Assembly (NCBI GenBank): GCA_036263975.1
Contig: DATARW010000039.1
Location: 30,669-94,668, forward strand
Reading direction: 5' to 3'
Origin: Pyrinomonadaceae bacterium
Lineage (GTDB): Bacteria; Acidobacteriota; Blastocatellia; Pyrinomonadales; Pyrinomonadaceae
DNA length: 64,000 nt
In this document: positions 1 to 8,074 of the stretch, piece after piece
Layout: the number at the start of each line of letters is the position of its first letter
Position numbering within the stretch: the stretch's first letter is position 1
Made by a program: the position numbers and the translations under genes
Notes under the pieces: generated by a model
What the model was told of the DNA's origin: nothing
The model's input: only the letters and a program-made list of their open reading frames with translations
The model's database searches: none

Positions 1-87
1 TGCGACTTCGACGGCCAGCCCGGCTACTCGCACGCGCAGGAGTAGGCCGCCCGACTTCGACTGTGGAATCTTCCGTTCGAGATTAGA

Positions 88-198
88 GGAAGAATGATTA
101 ACCACAGAGGCACAGAGGACTGGGAGGGTGCACGGAGATTTTATCTTAACTCCGTGACCTCCCCGTGCTCTTCGGTATCTGCGTTGGTTATTTCTTCC
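88..198. repeat. About 110-bp imperfect palindrome built from CACAGAGG-type words; same family as 46567-46659
   Basis: Left arm GGAAGAATGATTAACCACAGAGGCACAGAGG... pairs imperfectly with right arm ...GCGTTGGTTATTTCTTCC. The 21-mer ATTAACCACAGAGGCACAGAG (97-117) recurs identically at 46567-46587. Confidence 0.8.
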
Positions 199-255
199 AC
201 GACACGCACAGGCATTGATTTAAACTGAAAACCTACGCGCGAAGGAGCAAGCAAA

Positions 256-780
256 ATGTCAGCAACGGCCCCCGCCAGACCCGAAGCGAACGAATACGCG
301 TCCTACTACGAGAAGTACATCTCGCTCGTCCCCGACGCCGGAGTGGTCGAGACGCTGGAGCGGCAGAACGAGGAGACGCTTGCGCTGCTCGGCACCGTCG
401 GGGAAGAGCGCGCGGGCTTCCGGTACGAGCCGGGCAAGTGGAGCATCAAGGAGGTCGTCGGCCACCTGATTGATGCCGAGCGCATCTTCGCCTACCGCGC
501 GCTGGCATTCGCGCGCGGCGAGCGGCAAGCTCTGCCCGGCATGGATCAAGACGAGTACATGGCCGGCGCGGACTTCGACGCGCGCACGCTCGTCAGCCTC
601 GCCGAAGAGTTCGCGCACGTGCGCCGCTCGAACGTCCTCATGCTGCGCGGACTCTCCGCCGATGCGTGGTCGCGCCGCGGCGTGGCGAGCGACAACGAGG
701 TGACGGTGCGCGCCCTCGCCTACATCATCGCCGGCCACGAAGCGCACCACGTACAGATTCTGCGCGCGAGATACCTGTAA
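256..780 (+). CDS. DinB-family (DinB_2 / YfiT-like) metal-dependent protein
   Basis: 174-aa ORF with a GAAGGAG RBS at 241-247. His-containing motifs HLIDAERIF and [10 protein letters not shown] are typical of the DinB four-helix-bundle family. Confidence 0.85.
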   Translation: MSATAPARPEANEYASYYEKYISLVPDAGVVETLERQNEETLALLGTVGEERAGFRYEPGKWSIKEVVGHLIDAERIFAYRALAFARGERQALPGMDQDEYMAGADFDARTLVSLAEEFAHVRRSNVLMLRGLSADAWSRRGVASDNEVTVRALAYIIAGHEAHHVQILRARYL

Positions 781-786
781 GAGCAG

Positions 787-895
787 GGATGAAGGCGGAA
801 GGATGAAGACCGAGAAAAAGACGAGGCGAGTCGGAAAAAAGTCGAAGCCGACGAAGGATGACTCCGCCTCATCCTTCATCCTTCCGCCTTCATCC
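787..895. repeat. Palindrome with perfect 22-bp arms GGATGAAGGCGGAAGGATGAAG (7-nt words GGATGAA/GGCGGAA)
   Basis: Arm 787-808 is the exact reverse complement of 874-895. An inner second pair is GAGGCGAGTC / GACTCCGCCTC. Confidence 0.85.
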
Positions 896-1378
896 TTGCC
901 TTTGATCGCCGTCATCATGGGCAGCACGTCGGACTGGGAGACGATGCGCCACGCTGACGAAGTGCTGAAGCAGTTCGGCGTGCCGCACGAGTGTCTGGTC
1001 GTGTCGGCACATCGCACGCCGCAATGGATGGCGGAGTTCGCTTCCGGCGCAGAAGGACGCGGCCTCGAAGTAATCATCGCGGGCGCGGGCGGCGCGGCGC
1101 ATTTGGCCGGAATGGTCGCCGCACAGACGACCGTGCCCGTCCTCGGCGTGCCCGTCGAGAGCAAGGCTTTGAAGGGCTTGGACTCTCTGCTCTCAATCGT
1201 GCAGATGCCCGCAGGCGTCCCCGTCGGCACGCTCGCCATCGGCGTGAGCGGCGCGACCAACGCCGCCCTGCTCGCCGTCGCCATGCTCGCCAACACGCGG
1301 CCAGAACTGAGGGAAAAGCTACGGCGATTCCGCGAGGAGCAGACCGCGAAGGTGCGAGGGGTCACTCTGCCGACATGA
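803..1378 (+). CDS. purE: N5-carboxyaminoimidazole ribonucleotide mutase PurE (start uncertain)
   Basis: [11 protein letters not shown]...VSAHRTP...[14 protein letters not shown]...VPVLGVPV...[17 protein letters not shown] matches PurE throughout. The ATG at 803 lies inside the 787-895 palindrome, so the first ~30 codons are doubtful. TTG 896 or ATG 917 are alternative starts; none has a good RBS. Confidence 0.9.
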   Translation: MKTEKKTRRVGKKSKPTKDDSASSFILPPSSLPLIAVIMGSTSDWETMRHADEVLKQFGVPHECLVVSAHRTPQWMAEFASGAEGRGLEVIIAGAGGAAHLAGMVAAQTTVPVLGVPVESKALKGLDSLLSIVQMPAGVPVGTLAIGVSGATNAALLAVAMLANTRPELREKLRRFREEQTAKVRGVTLPT

Positions 1379-2535
1379 GCGCGATACTGCCCGGAGCCAC
1401 GGTCGGCGTACTCGGCAGCGGCCAGTTGGGTCGCATGTTCGCCATCGCCGCGCGAAGGATGGGCTACCGCGTCCACACCTTCTCGCCCGACTCCGACACG
1501 CCGACGGGACAGATTTCCGACCGCGAGTACCAGCGACCTTACGAAGACCTCGACGCCGTTGCCGAGTTCGCGCGCGGCGTCTCGGTGTTGACTTTCGAGT
1601 TCGAGAACGTGCCCGCCGAAGCGGTCGAGGCCGCCTCGCAGCGCGTGCCCGTCAGACCCTCCGGCGAGGTTCTCTACACGACGCAGAACCGACTGCGCGA
1701 AAAAAACTTTCTCTCGCGCTGGGGCTTCCCCGTCACACGCTTCCGCCACATCACCTCCGAAGAATCTTTGCGCGCGGCGCTCGCAGAGATCGGCTACCCG
1801 GCGATTCTCAAGACGGCAAGCTCCGGCTACGACGGCAAGGGACAGATGCGTCTGGACTCCGCCGAAGATGTCGAGCAAAGGGCCGCCTCTCTCGGAGAGC
1901 GCGAATGGATTCTCGAAGCCTTCGTTGACTTCGAGCGCGAGGTTTCGGTCGTCGCCGCACGCACCGCGGCAGGCGAGTTCAGGCACTACGGCGTCATCGA
2001 GAACGCGCACCGCCGTCACATACTCGATCTCTCGGTCGCGCCCGCGCGCGTCGCGGAATCGGTCGTGCGCGAAGCGGTCGAGATCACGCGCGCAGTCCTC
2101 GAAGCGCTCGACGTGGTCGGCGTCATGTGCGTCGAGTTCTTCCACGCGCGCGACGGTCGCCTGCTCATCAACGAACTCGCGCCGCGCCCGCACAACTCCG
2201 GCCACCTCACCGTTGACGCCTGCTTGACCAGCCAGTTCGAGCAGCAGCTCAGGGCCGTCTGCGGCCTGCCGCTCGGTTCGACCGAGATGACGCGGCCCGC
2301 GGCGATGGCGAACCTGCTCGGCGACCTCTGGCACGAGGGCGAGCCGGACTGGCGCGCGGTGCTCACGTTTCCCGCCGTCAAGCTCCACCTCTACGGCAAG
2401 TCGGAGGCGCGGCCCGGTCGGAAGATGGGACACCTCACGGCGCTCGCCGCGAGTGCGGAAGAGGCCGCACGCACCGTGCTCGCCGCGCGCGACGCGCTCA
2501 TGCGCTCGCGCGCCAGCGGACGAGGAAATCTTTAA
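1375..2535 (+). CDS. purK: N5-carboxyaminoimidazole ribonucleotide synthase PurK (ATP-grasp)
   Basis: The ATG at 1375 overlaps the purE stop (ATGA). N-terminus [21 protein letters not shown] plus ATP-grasp motifs ([26 protein letters not shown]). Confidence 0.9.
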   Translation: MSAILPGATVGVLGSGQLGRMFAIAARRMGYRVHTFSPDSDTPTGQISDREYQRPYEDLDAVAEFARGVSVLTFEFENVPAEAVEAASQRVPVRPSGEVLYTTQNRLREKNFLSRWGFPVTRFRHITSEESLRAALAEIGYPAILKTASSGYDGKGQMRLDSAEDVEQRAASLGEREWILEAFVDFEREVSVVAARTAAGEFRHYGVIENAHRRHILDLSVAPARVAESVVREAVEITRAVLEALDVVGVMCVEFFHARDGRLLINELAPRPHNSGHLTVDACLTSQFEQQLRAVCGLPLGSTEMTRPAAMANLLGDLWHEGEPDWRAVLTFPAVKLHLYGKSEARPGRKMGHLTALAASAEEAARTVLAARDALMRSRASGRGNL

Positions 2536-3418
2536 GCGCGCCGTACATTTCCTTAAACGAGTCGGCGCAGAAAAGCGCGGGCTGAAAACGTGTCGGGTCG
2601 TACTCGGCGCGCGCGGCCTCTTCGAGATTGAGCGGTCGCAGCTCCGCCCCGCTCATCGCCTCAAGCTCGCCCGCCGAAGAGAGCAGCCCCGTGCCGTAAG
2701 CCTTGACCTCGCCGCCTTCGCGCAGCACGCCGAACTCGATTGTGAACCAGTAGACGCGAGACAGGCGTTCGAGTGCCTCCGGCGCGTCGGTGCGGCGGAC
2801 GGCTTCGCCGAAGAGCCGGTTGAGTTCGGCGAAGCGTGGGCTGGCGAGCGTCAGCGCGTGGCCGAGCAGCTCGTGAACCACGTCCGGCTCCGGCGTGTAG
2901 AACGGCGTCGAGTGGTGGCGTATGTACTGCGTGCACAGGAACACACCGTCGGCCAGCGATTCGAGGAAGACGCGCGGCGCGACGAGTCCGGCCACAGGCT
3001 CAAGCCGGAATCCGCTGATCGCCTGCACCCTCTCCGACACCTCGCGGAGCTGCGGAATCGAAGCGCGCGGAAGGTCGAGGCGGCGCGCGGCTTCGAGATA
3101 CTCGGCGCAGGCGTGTTGGCGGTGCGCGGGTTCGAGCGCGTCGCGGATCGCGCGCCAGAGCGCGTGCTCCTCTGCGGTGTAAGGCGCGTCGGGGACGGTC
3201 GCGCCGGGTTTATGATCGAGCGCGAGCTGCGCGATGCGATTACGGCGCGCGCGGTACTCGGCGTCGCGGAAGCCCGGATGATCCGGGTCGAGCCGGACGA
3301 TTGCGTTGCGATCAGATGTCTTGTCGTCCGCGCCCGCCTGTTCGTCCGCCTCCGCCGTTACCTGCCGCGCGTCAACGTGGTCGAGGAGCAGTTGCTTGCC
3401 TGCCTGCGTCGTGTCCAT
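2498..3418 (-). CDS. phhA: Phenylalanine-4-hydroxylase (aromatic amino acid hydroxylase)
   Basis: DHPGFRD..YRARR, VFLCTQYIRHHSTPFYTPEPDVVHELLGH and YWFTIEFG...KAYGTGLLSS are hallmark motifs. ATG at 3418 with GGAGG 8 nt upstream. The longer track ORF (to 3577) runs through a terminator hairpin. Confidence 0.9.
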   Translation of the reverse strand: MDTTQAGKQLLLDHVDARQVTAEADEQAGADDKTSDRNAIVRLDPDHPGFRDAEYRARRNRIAQLALDHKPGATVPDAPYTAEEHALWRAIRDALEPAHRQHACAEYLEAARRLDLPRASIPQLREVSERVQAISGFRLEPVAGLVAPRVFLESLADGVFLCTQYIRHHSTPFYTPEPDVVHELLGHALTLASPRFAELNRLFGEAVRRTDAPEALERLSRVYWFTIEFGVLREGGEVKAYGTGLLSSAGELEAMSGAELRPLNLEEAARAEYDPTRFQPALFCADSFKEMYGALKDFLVRWRASA

Positions 3419-3720
3419 TTTGAAAACCTCCTTCGGGCGCGCGCCTGAAAACGCGCGCAAAAAAACGGCCACCGAATCCTCCCGCGTCGGAAGGTTCGAT
3501 GGCCGGTAAGCCTTTGAAGCCTGTCTTAAATTCGCGCCAGGTGACTTTACGTGCGCCGACAGCCTCTTACCGCCCAACCCCTCCGCGCGGGCGCGGGGCC
3601 GTAATAGTAGTAAGAGCGGTAGAGATTGTGCTGTCGAACGTTCATTGCGCTCACCCGTAACAGCGTCGCACGCGTTCGGCAGCGACGCTTCGACTCAACA
3701 CTAGCCGCGCCCCGCGCCCC
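3419..3720 (-). promoter_or_regulatory. About 300-nt structured 5' leader of phhA (candidate attenuator/riboswitch, class unknown)
   Basis: On the minus-strand transcript, the 5' GGGCGCGGGGC pairs with GCCCCGCGCCC about 130 nt downstream. That stem encloses AGCGTCGC/GCGACGCT and GTCGAA/TTCGAC stems. A second domain, GGTAAG..CTGTC/GACAG..CTTACC, precedes the terminator. Confidence 0.4.
3459..3504 (-). terminator. Intrinsic terminator/attenuator hairpin about 40 nt upstream of the phhA start
   Basis: Minus-strand RNA GGCCAUCGAA-(18 nt)-UUCGGUGGCC followed by G+U7 (plus-strand A-run 3459-3465). Confidence 0.6.
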
Positions 3721-3838
3721 TTGTCAACTCGGAAGCTTAGAGGATGTGTGTAGGCCGCCTTGCTTCGGCAGTCGCGGGCCGGGGTGTATAATTTCAGGCG
3801 ACTCCCCTGGTCTATACTTTGGCAGAACGGAGCAGGCA

Positions 3839-4480
3839 ATGAAACGCAGAATCGTCCTCGTCGTGTTGCTCGGCGCACTGGTGGTCGGCGCGTCGGCGGC
3901 ACGCGCGTTCGCGCACGCTCAAAACGCCGCGCCGCAGGTTCCGCCCGACCGCGTCTCGCTCGAAGAGTTCAAGACGCTGCGCGCGGAAGGTAAAGTCCTC
4001 GTCCTCGACGTGCGCGTCGGGGCCACGACGAAGATCAAGGGCGCTACCTACATCCCGCTCGACCAGCTTGAAGCGCATTTGTCGGAGCTTCCGCGCGACC
4101 GCGAGATCGTCACCTACTGCTCTTGACCGCAGGAGCACACCAGCGCCCGTGCGGCGCAGATACTCCGCGATAAAGGTTTCAAAGCGCGCGCCCTCCTCGG
4201 CGGCTTCCCCGCCTGGACAGCCGCGGGCGGCGAGACCGCGCCGATTACAGAGGCTGAGAAAACCATGCCGCAGCCGACCAGCAACGCGCAACCGGCGCAG
4301 CAGAAGCAGGTCGTCGCCTCGCCCAACCCGACCATAGACGACAGCAAGACGAAGCCGGGCGAAGCGACGAAGGTCGAGGGCACGCAGGTTCAGCCCGCCG
4401 CGACGACGACCGATGCGCCGTTGAAGACTACGAAGGGCAAGAAGTCGAAGCACCGGCGGACGAAGCCGAGCGGCGACTGA
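3839..4480 (+). CDS. Secreted rhodanese-domain protein interrupted by an in-frame TGA at 4124-4126 (selenoprotein candidate or nonsense pseudogene); the conventional call would be 3839-4126
   Basis: Signal peptide MKRRIVLVVLLGALVVGASAARAFA. The rhodanese core ends ...EIVTYCS-TGA. The same frame continues PQEHTSARAAQILRDKGFKARALLGGFPAWTAAGG, which is the rest of the rhodanese fold, plus a K/T/P-rich tail to the stop at 4478-4480. Confidence 0.6.
4132..4166 (+). promoter_or_regulatory. SECIS-like hairpin downstream of the in-frame TGA
   Basis: Lower stem GGAG(4132-4135)/CUCC(4163-4166). Upper stem GCGCC(4143-4147)/GGCGC(4153-4157). Apical loop CGUGC, with GU about 25 nt after the U of UGA. Confidence 0.35.
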
Positions 4481-4628
4481 GGTTCGCGCCCCGACCCCGA
4501 AAGGTTGGAACAGAGCAGCGGACTACTGAATCGTTCCGTCCGTTCCCGCCGTCCGATGCGCCGGGCGGCACAGCAATCTATAGTGCACTTGCCGTGAGCC
4601 AACGTATCCTTACAAAGAGGTGACAGGG

Positions 4629-7600
4629 ATGGTCTGCCTTAAATCATTCGCGCGAATTTTTTCGGCCCCGCGAGGACGCGTCGGGGCGACGTTGTTGCGG
4701 CTGGCGATGTTGTTGGCCTGCGCGCTGTCGGCGGGCGGCGCTGCGCGAGCGCAGCAGTACGGCCCGGATATGTTTGCAGGCATGCGCTGGCGTCTGATCG
4801 GGCCGCACCGCGCCGGGCGCGTGACGGCAGTGGCAGGCATTCCGGGCCGCCCCGCCGTCTACTACATGGCGACGCCGGGCGGCGGCGTGTGGAAGACGAC
4901 CGACGGCGGGCTGGTGTGGAAGCCGATCTTCGACGACGCGCGCGTGGCCTCAATCGGCGCGCTGGCGCTCGCGCCGTCGAACCCTGAAATCGTCTACGTC
5001 GGGACGGGCGAGCAGACAGAAGGCGACGGCGTTTACAAGTCCACGGACGGCGGCGCGACGTGGACGAACGTCGGCCTCCGAGAGACGCACTACATCACCT
5101 CGATCATCGTTGACCCGCGCGACCCGAACGTCGTCATCGTCGGAGCCTTCGGCGACCAGACTCCGTCTCAGGCGCACGGCGTCTTCAAGACGACCGACGG
5201 CGGCAAGAGTTGGAAGCAGACTCTCTTCCCCGGCGACCGAACCAGCATCGCGGACATGTGTGCCGCCCCCGGCGACAGCCGCGCTCTGTACGCCGCGACG
5301 TGGCCCCTCCGGTTCGCTCCCGGCGAACGACAGGAGGACTCGCAGATATTCAAGTCAACGGACGAGGGCGAGACGTGGCATCAACTGAGCGGCGCGGGCC
5401 TGCCGGAGAAGTCGCGCGGGCGCATCGGCGTCGTGGTCGCGCCGGGCGACAGCCGCGTCTACGCGATTATGAATCAGGGCTTCTTCCGCTCCGACGATGC
5501 GGGAGAGAGTTGGCAGCAGATCACGCGTGACCCGCGCGTCGTGGGCAGCGGGTATTTCAGCCGCGCGTTCGTTGACCCGAAGAACGGGGATGTCGTCTAC
5601 GTGATGCAGACTTCGATGTATCGCTCGACCGACGGCGGGAAAACCTTCGAGGCGTACAAGGGTGCGCCGAGCGGCGAGGACGAGCACGTCCTCTGGATAG
5701 CGCCCGACGACACGCGGCGAATGATCTTAGGCTCGGATCAGGGCGCGACCATCAGCCTCGACGGCGGCCAGACGTGGAGCCTCTGGTACAACCAGCCCAC
5801 GGGCCAGTTTTACCACGTCATCACGGACGACCAGTTCCCTTATTTCAACTACGCGTCGCAGCAGGACAGCGGCTCGGTCGCCGTGCCCTCGCGCAGCGAC
5901 TTCGGACAGATAACCTTCCGCGACTGGTTCTCGACGGGCGCGTTCGAGAGCGGCTACATCGCTCCCGACCCCTCAAACCCGAACCTCATTTACTCCATCG
6001 GCTGGTACGGCTCAGTCCTGCGTCTGGACAGGCAGACGGGGCAAGTCTCGACCGTCTTCATCCCCGGCCCGAAGTACCGCTACACTTGGGAGACGCCGCT
6101 CGTTTTTTCGCCGGGCGATAAAAAGAGTCTCTACGTCGGCATGCAGCACTTGCTCAAGAGTGACGACGGCGCGGCGACGTGGCGCGAGATCAGCCCCGAC
6201 CTGACGCAGACGAACGCCGCCGCGCGACAGACGGAGAAACCATTCGCGCAGCTCGCCCGCGCCGGCCACTCCGAGGAGAGAGAAGACGAGGAGGAGGGCG
6301 AGGGCGGGCAGCAGAGGTCGGAGCAGGGTGTGATTCTGTCAATCGCGCCGTCGGCGTTGCAGGCAGGGGAAATCTGGGTGGGCACGAGTTCGAGTCAGGT
6401 TCAGCTCACGCGCGACGGCGGCGCGACCTGGCGCAACGTCGCGCCGCCGGAGATGCCCGCCAACAGCCGCGTCACGCGCATCGAAGCCTCGCCCACCGAC
6501 GCCGACACGGCCTACGCCGTCGCGTCGGCACGCAACGACCTGCACCCGTATATCTTCCGCACGCGCGACGGCGGCAAGACTTGGCAGAAAATCACGACGG
6601 GCTTGCCCGAACGCGGCGTCGCGCATGTCGTGCGCGAAGACCCCGCACGCAAAGGTTTGGCCTACGCGGGCACGGACAACGGCGCTTACGTCTCTTTCGA
6701 CGACGGCGACCACTGGCAGCCCATCCAGCTCAACCTGCCGACCTCGCCCGTGCGCGACCTCGCCGTTCACGGCGGCGACCTCGTGGCCGCGACCTACGGG
6801 CGCGGACTCTGGATTCTGGACGACCTCTCGCCGCTCAGACAACTCGACGCGCAGGTGGCCGGCGAAAGCGTTCATCTGTTCCGCCCCTCGACCGCGCTCC
6901 GCGTGCGTTGGGACAACTGGCAGGAGACTCCGCTTTCGGCGGAGACCCCTGCGGGAGAGAACCCGCCGGAAGGAGCCGTCATTGACTACTATCTGAAGTC
7001 GCCCCCATCGCGGGAGATCACGCTGGAGATTCGCGACGGGCGCGGCAACGTCGTGCGGCATTATTCGAGCACGCCGCCGCCGAAGGACAGCACTCCGGGG
7101 AACGCACCCGACTTCTGGTTCGCGCCGCCGGAGGTGCTGCCCACGAAGACGGGCCTGAACCGCTTCGTGTGGAACCTCCGGCTGCCAGACCCTTCCACGC
7201 TGCCTTATAGCTTTTACGGCAGGCGCATTGACTACATCGAATACACGCTCCCAGATCACGCCGTCCCCGGACAGACGCCGCGCCGACAGCCGCCGGGGCC
7301 GCTCGCCGCGCCGGGCAGTTACGAAGTGGTTCTCAGCGTCGGGGGCAAGACTTACCGCCAGCCGCTCGTCGTCCGTCCAGACCCGCGTCTGCGCGCGTCG
7401 CAGGCAGACCTCGACGCGCAGCTCGACCTCGCGCAGAAGATCAGCGACATGATGGCGGCGAGCTACAACTCCTACAACGAAGTGGCGACTTTGCGCGCGG
7501 CCCTCTCCGAGAGGCTGAAGAGCCTTTCGGGAAATCCGCAGGCGGTAGACGCGACCGCCGCCGCCGCGGCGCTGGCGAAGGAACTCGAAGAGATCGCCGA

Positions 7601-7871
7601 GGGGACGAGCGCGCCCCCCGCCCCCGGCTTCGGCTCCGTCAACCGCGACATGTCGCGGCTCATAACGATGGTCGAGAGCGGCGACATGCGTCCGGCTGAG
7701 ACGGCTCTGAGCGCCGCCGGGGAGTCCTGCGAGTCGCTCCGCAAGAGCATGGCGCGCTGGGCGAAGGTCAACGCCGAGAGCTTGCCTGCTCTGAATAAGC
7801 TTCTGAGGAAATACAATCTCGCGCCGCTGCCCGCGTCAACTCCCGCGGCGGACGCGCGGTGCGGCAACTAG
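4629..7871 (+). CDS. Secreted BNR/Asp-box repeat protein (sortilin/VPS10-like beta-propeller)
   Basis: At least 10 Asp-box repeats (STDGGATW, TTDGGKSW, STDEGETW, SDDAGESW, STDGGKTF, SLDGGQTW, SDDGAATW, TRDGGATW, TRDGGKTW). Signal peptide present. ATG 4629 has AGAGG 8 nt upstream; the track start 4620 is GTG. Confidence 0.85.
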   Translation: MVCLKSFARIFSAPRGRVGATLLRLAMLLACALSAGGAARAQQYGPDMFAGMRWRLIGPHRAGRVTAVAGIPGRPAVYYMATPGGGVWKTTDGGLVWKPIFDDARVASIGALALAPSNPEIVYVGTGEQTEGDGVYKSTDGGATWTNVGLRETHYITSIIVDPRDPNVVIVGAFGDQTPSQAHGVFKTTDGGKSWKQTLFPGDRTSIADMCAAPGDSRALYAATWPLRFAPGERQEDSQIFKSTDEGETWHQLSGAGLPEKSRGRIGVVVAPGDSRVYAIMNQGFFRSDDAGESWQQITRDPRVVGSGYFSRAFVDPKNGDVVYVMQTSMYRSTDGGKTFEAYKGAPSGEDEHVLWIAPDDTRRMILGSDQGATISLDGGQTWSLWYNQPTGQFYHVITDDQFPYFNYASQQDSGSVAVPSRSDFGQITFRDWFSTGAFESGYIAPDPSNPNLIYSIGWYGSVLRLDRQTGQVSTVFIPGPKYRYTWETPLVFSPGDKKSLYVGMQHLLKSDDGAATWREISPDLTQTNAAARQTEKPFAQLARAGHSEEREDEEEGEGGQQRSEQGVILSIAPSALQAGEIWVGTSSSQVQLTRDGGATWRNVAPPEMPANSRVTRIEASPTDADTAYAVASARNDLHPYIFRTRDGGKTWQKITTGLPERGVAHVVREDPARKGLAYAGTDNGAYVSFDDGDHWQPIQLNLPTSPVRDLAVHGGDLVAATYGRGLWILDDLSPLRQLDAQVAGESVHLFRPSTALRVRWDNWQETPLSAETPAGENPPEGAVIDYYLKSPPSREITLEIRDGRGNVVRHYSSTPPPKDSTPGNAPDFWFAPPEVLPTKTGLNRFVWNLRLPDPSTLPYSFYGRRIDYIEYTLPDHAVPGQTPRRQPPGPLAAPGSYEVVLSVGGKTYRQPLVVRPDPRLRASQADLDAQLDLAQKISDMMAASYNSYNEVATLRAALSERLKSLSGNPQAVDATAAAAALAKELEEIAEGTSAPPAPGFGSVNRDMSRLITMVESGDMRPAETALSAAGESCESLRKSMARWAKVNAESLPALNKLLRKYNLAPLPASTPAADARCGN

Positions 7872-8074
7872 CTCGGAAGAAGCCGGGCCGAGCTTCGCCT
7901 ATTTTATTCAGGAATCCTGCATGAACCGCGCATGAATGAGTATAAACGACGATTTATGCGCCCTTGCTGAGAACGGGCGAAGCTCCGCCGTGTTGACGCA
8001 AGCGATGCGCGGCGGGCGCGTCCCGCAGTTGTTTCCGGTCACAGGCAAGTGACGATTGAGAAGGAGCTGCAATA

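Noticed and set aside
1-45. Open frame ending at TAG 43-45 (possible 3' end of an upstream gene)
   Set aside because: Only 14 codons are visible and no family can be assigned.
259-2433. 724-aa minus-strand ORF spanning the dinB-family gene, purE and purK
   Set aside because: It is antisense to three genes with unmistakable family motifs. The sequence is Arg/Ala/Gly-rich and low in complexity, which is typical of shadow ORFs in high-G+C DNA.
3419-3720. T-box leader upstream of phhA
   Set aside because: No AGGGUGGNACCGCG-type T-box sequence overlaps the 5' side of the terminator, and no obvious specifier-loop architecture is present.
3626-3838. N-terminal extension of the rhodanese ORF (track start 3626)
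   Set aside because: The extension is Cys/Arg/Gly-rich. ATG 3839 is followed immediately by a canonical signal peptide, and the upstream part overlaps the phhA leader region.
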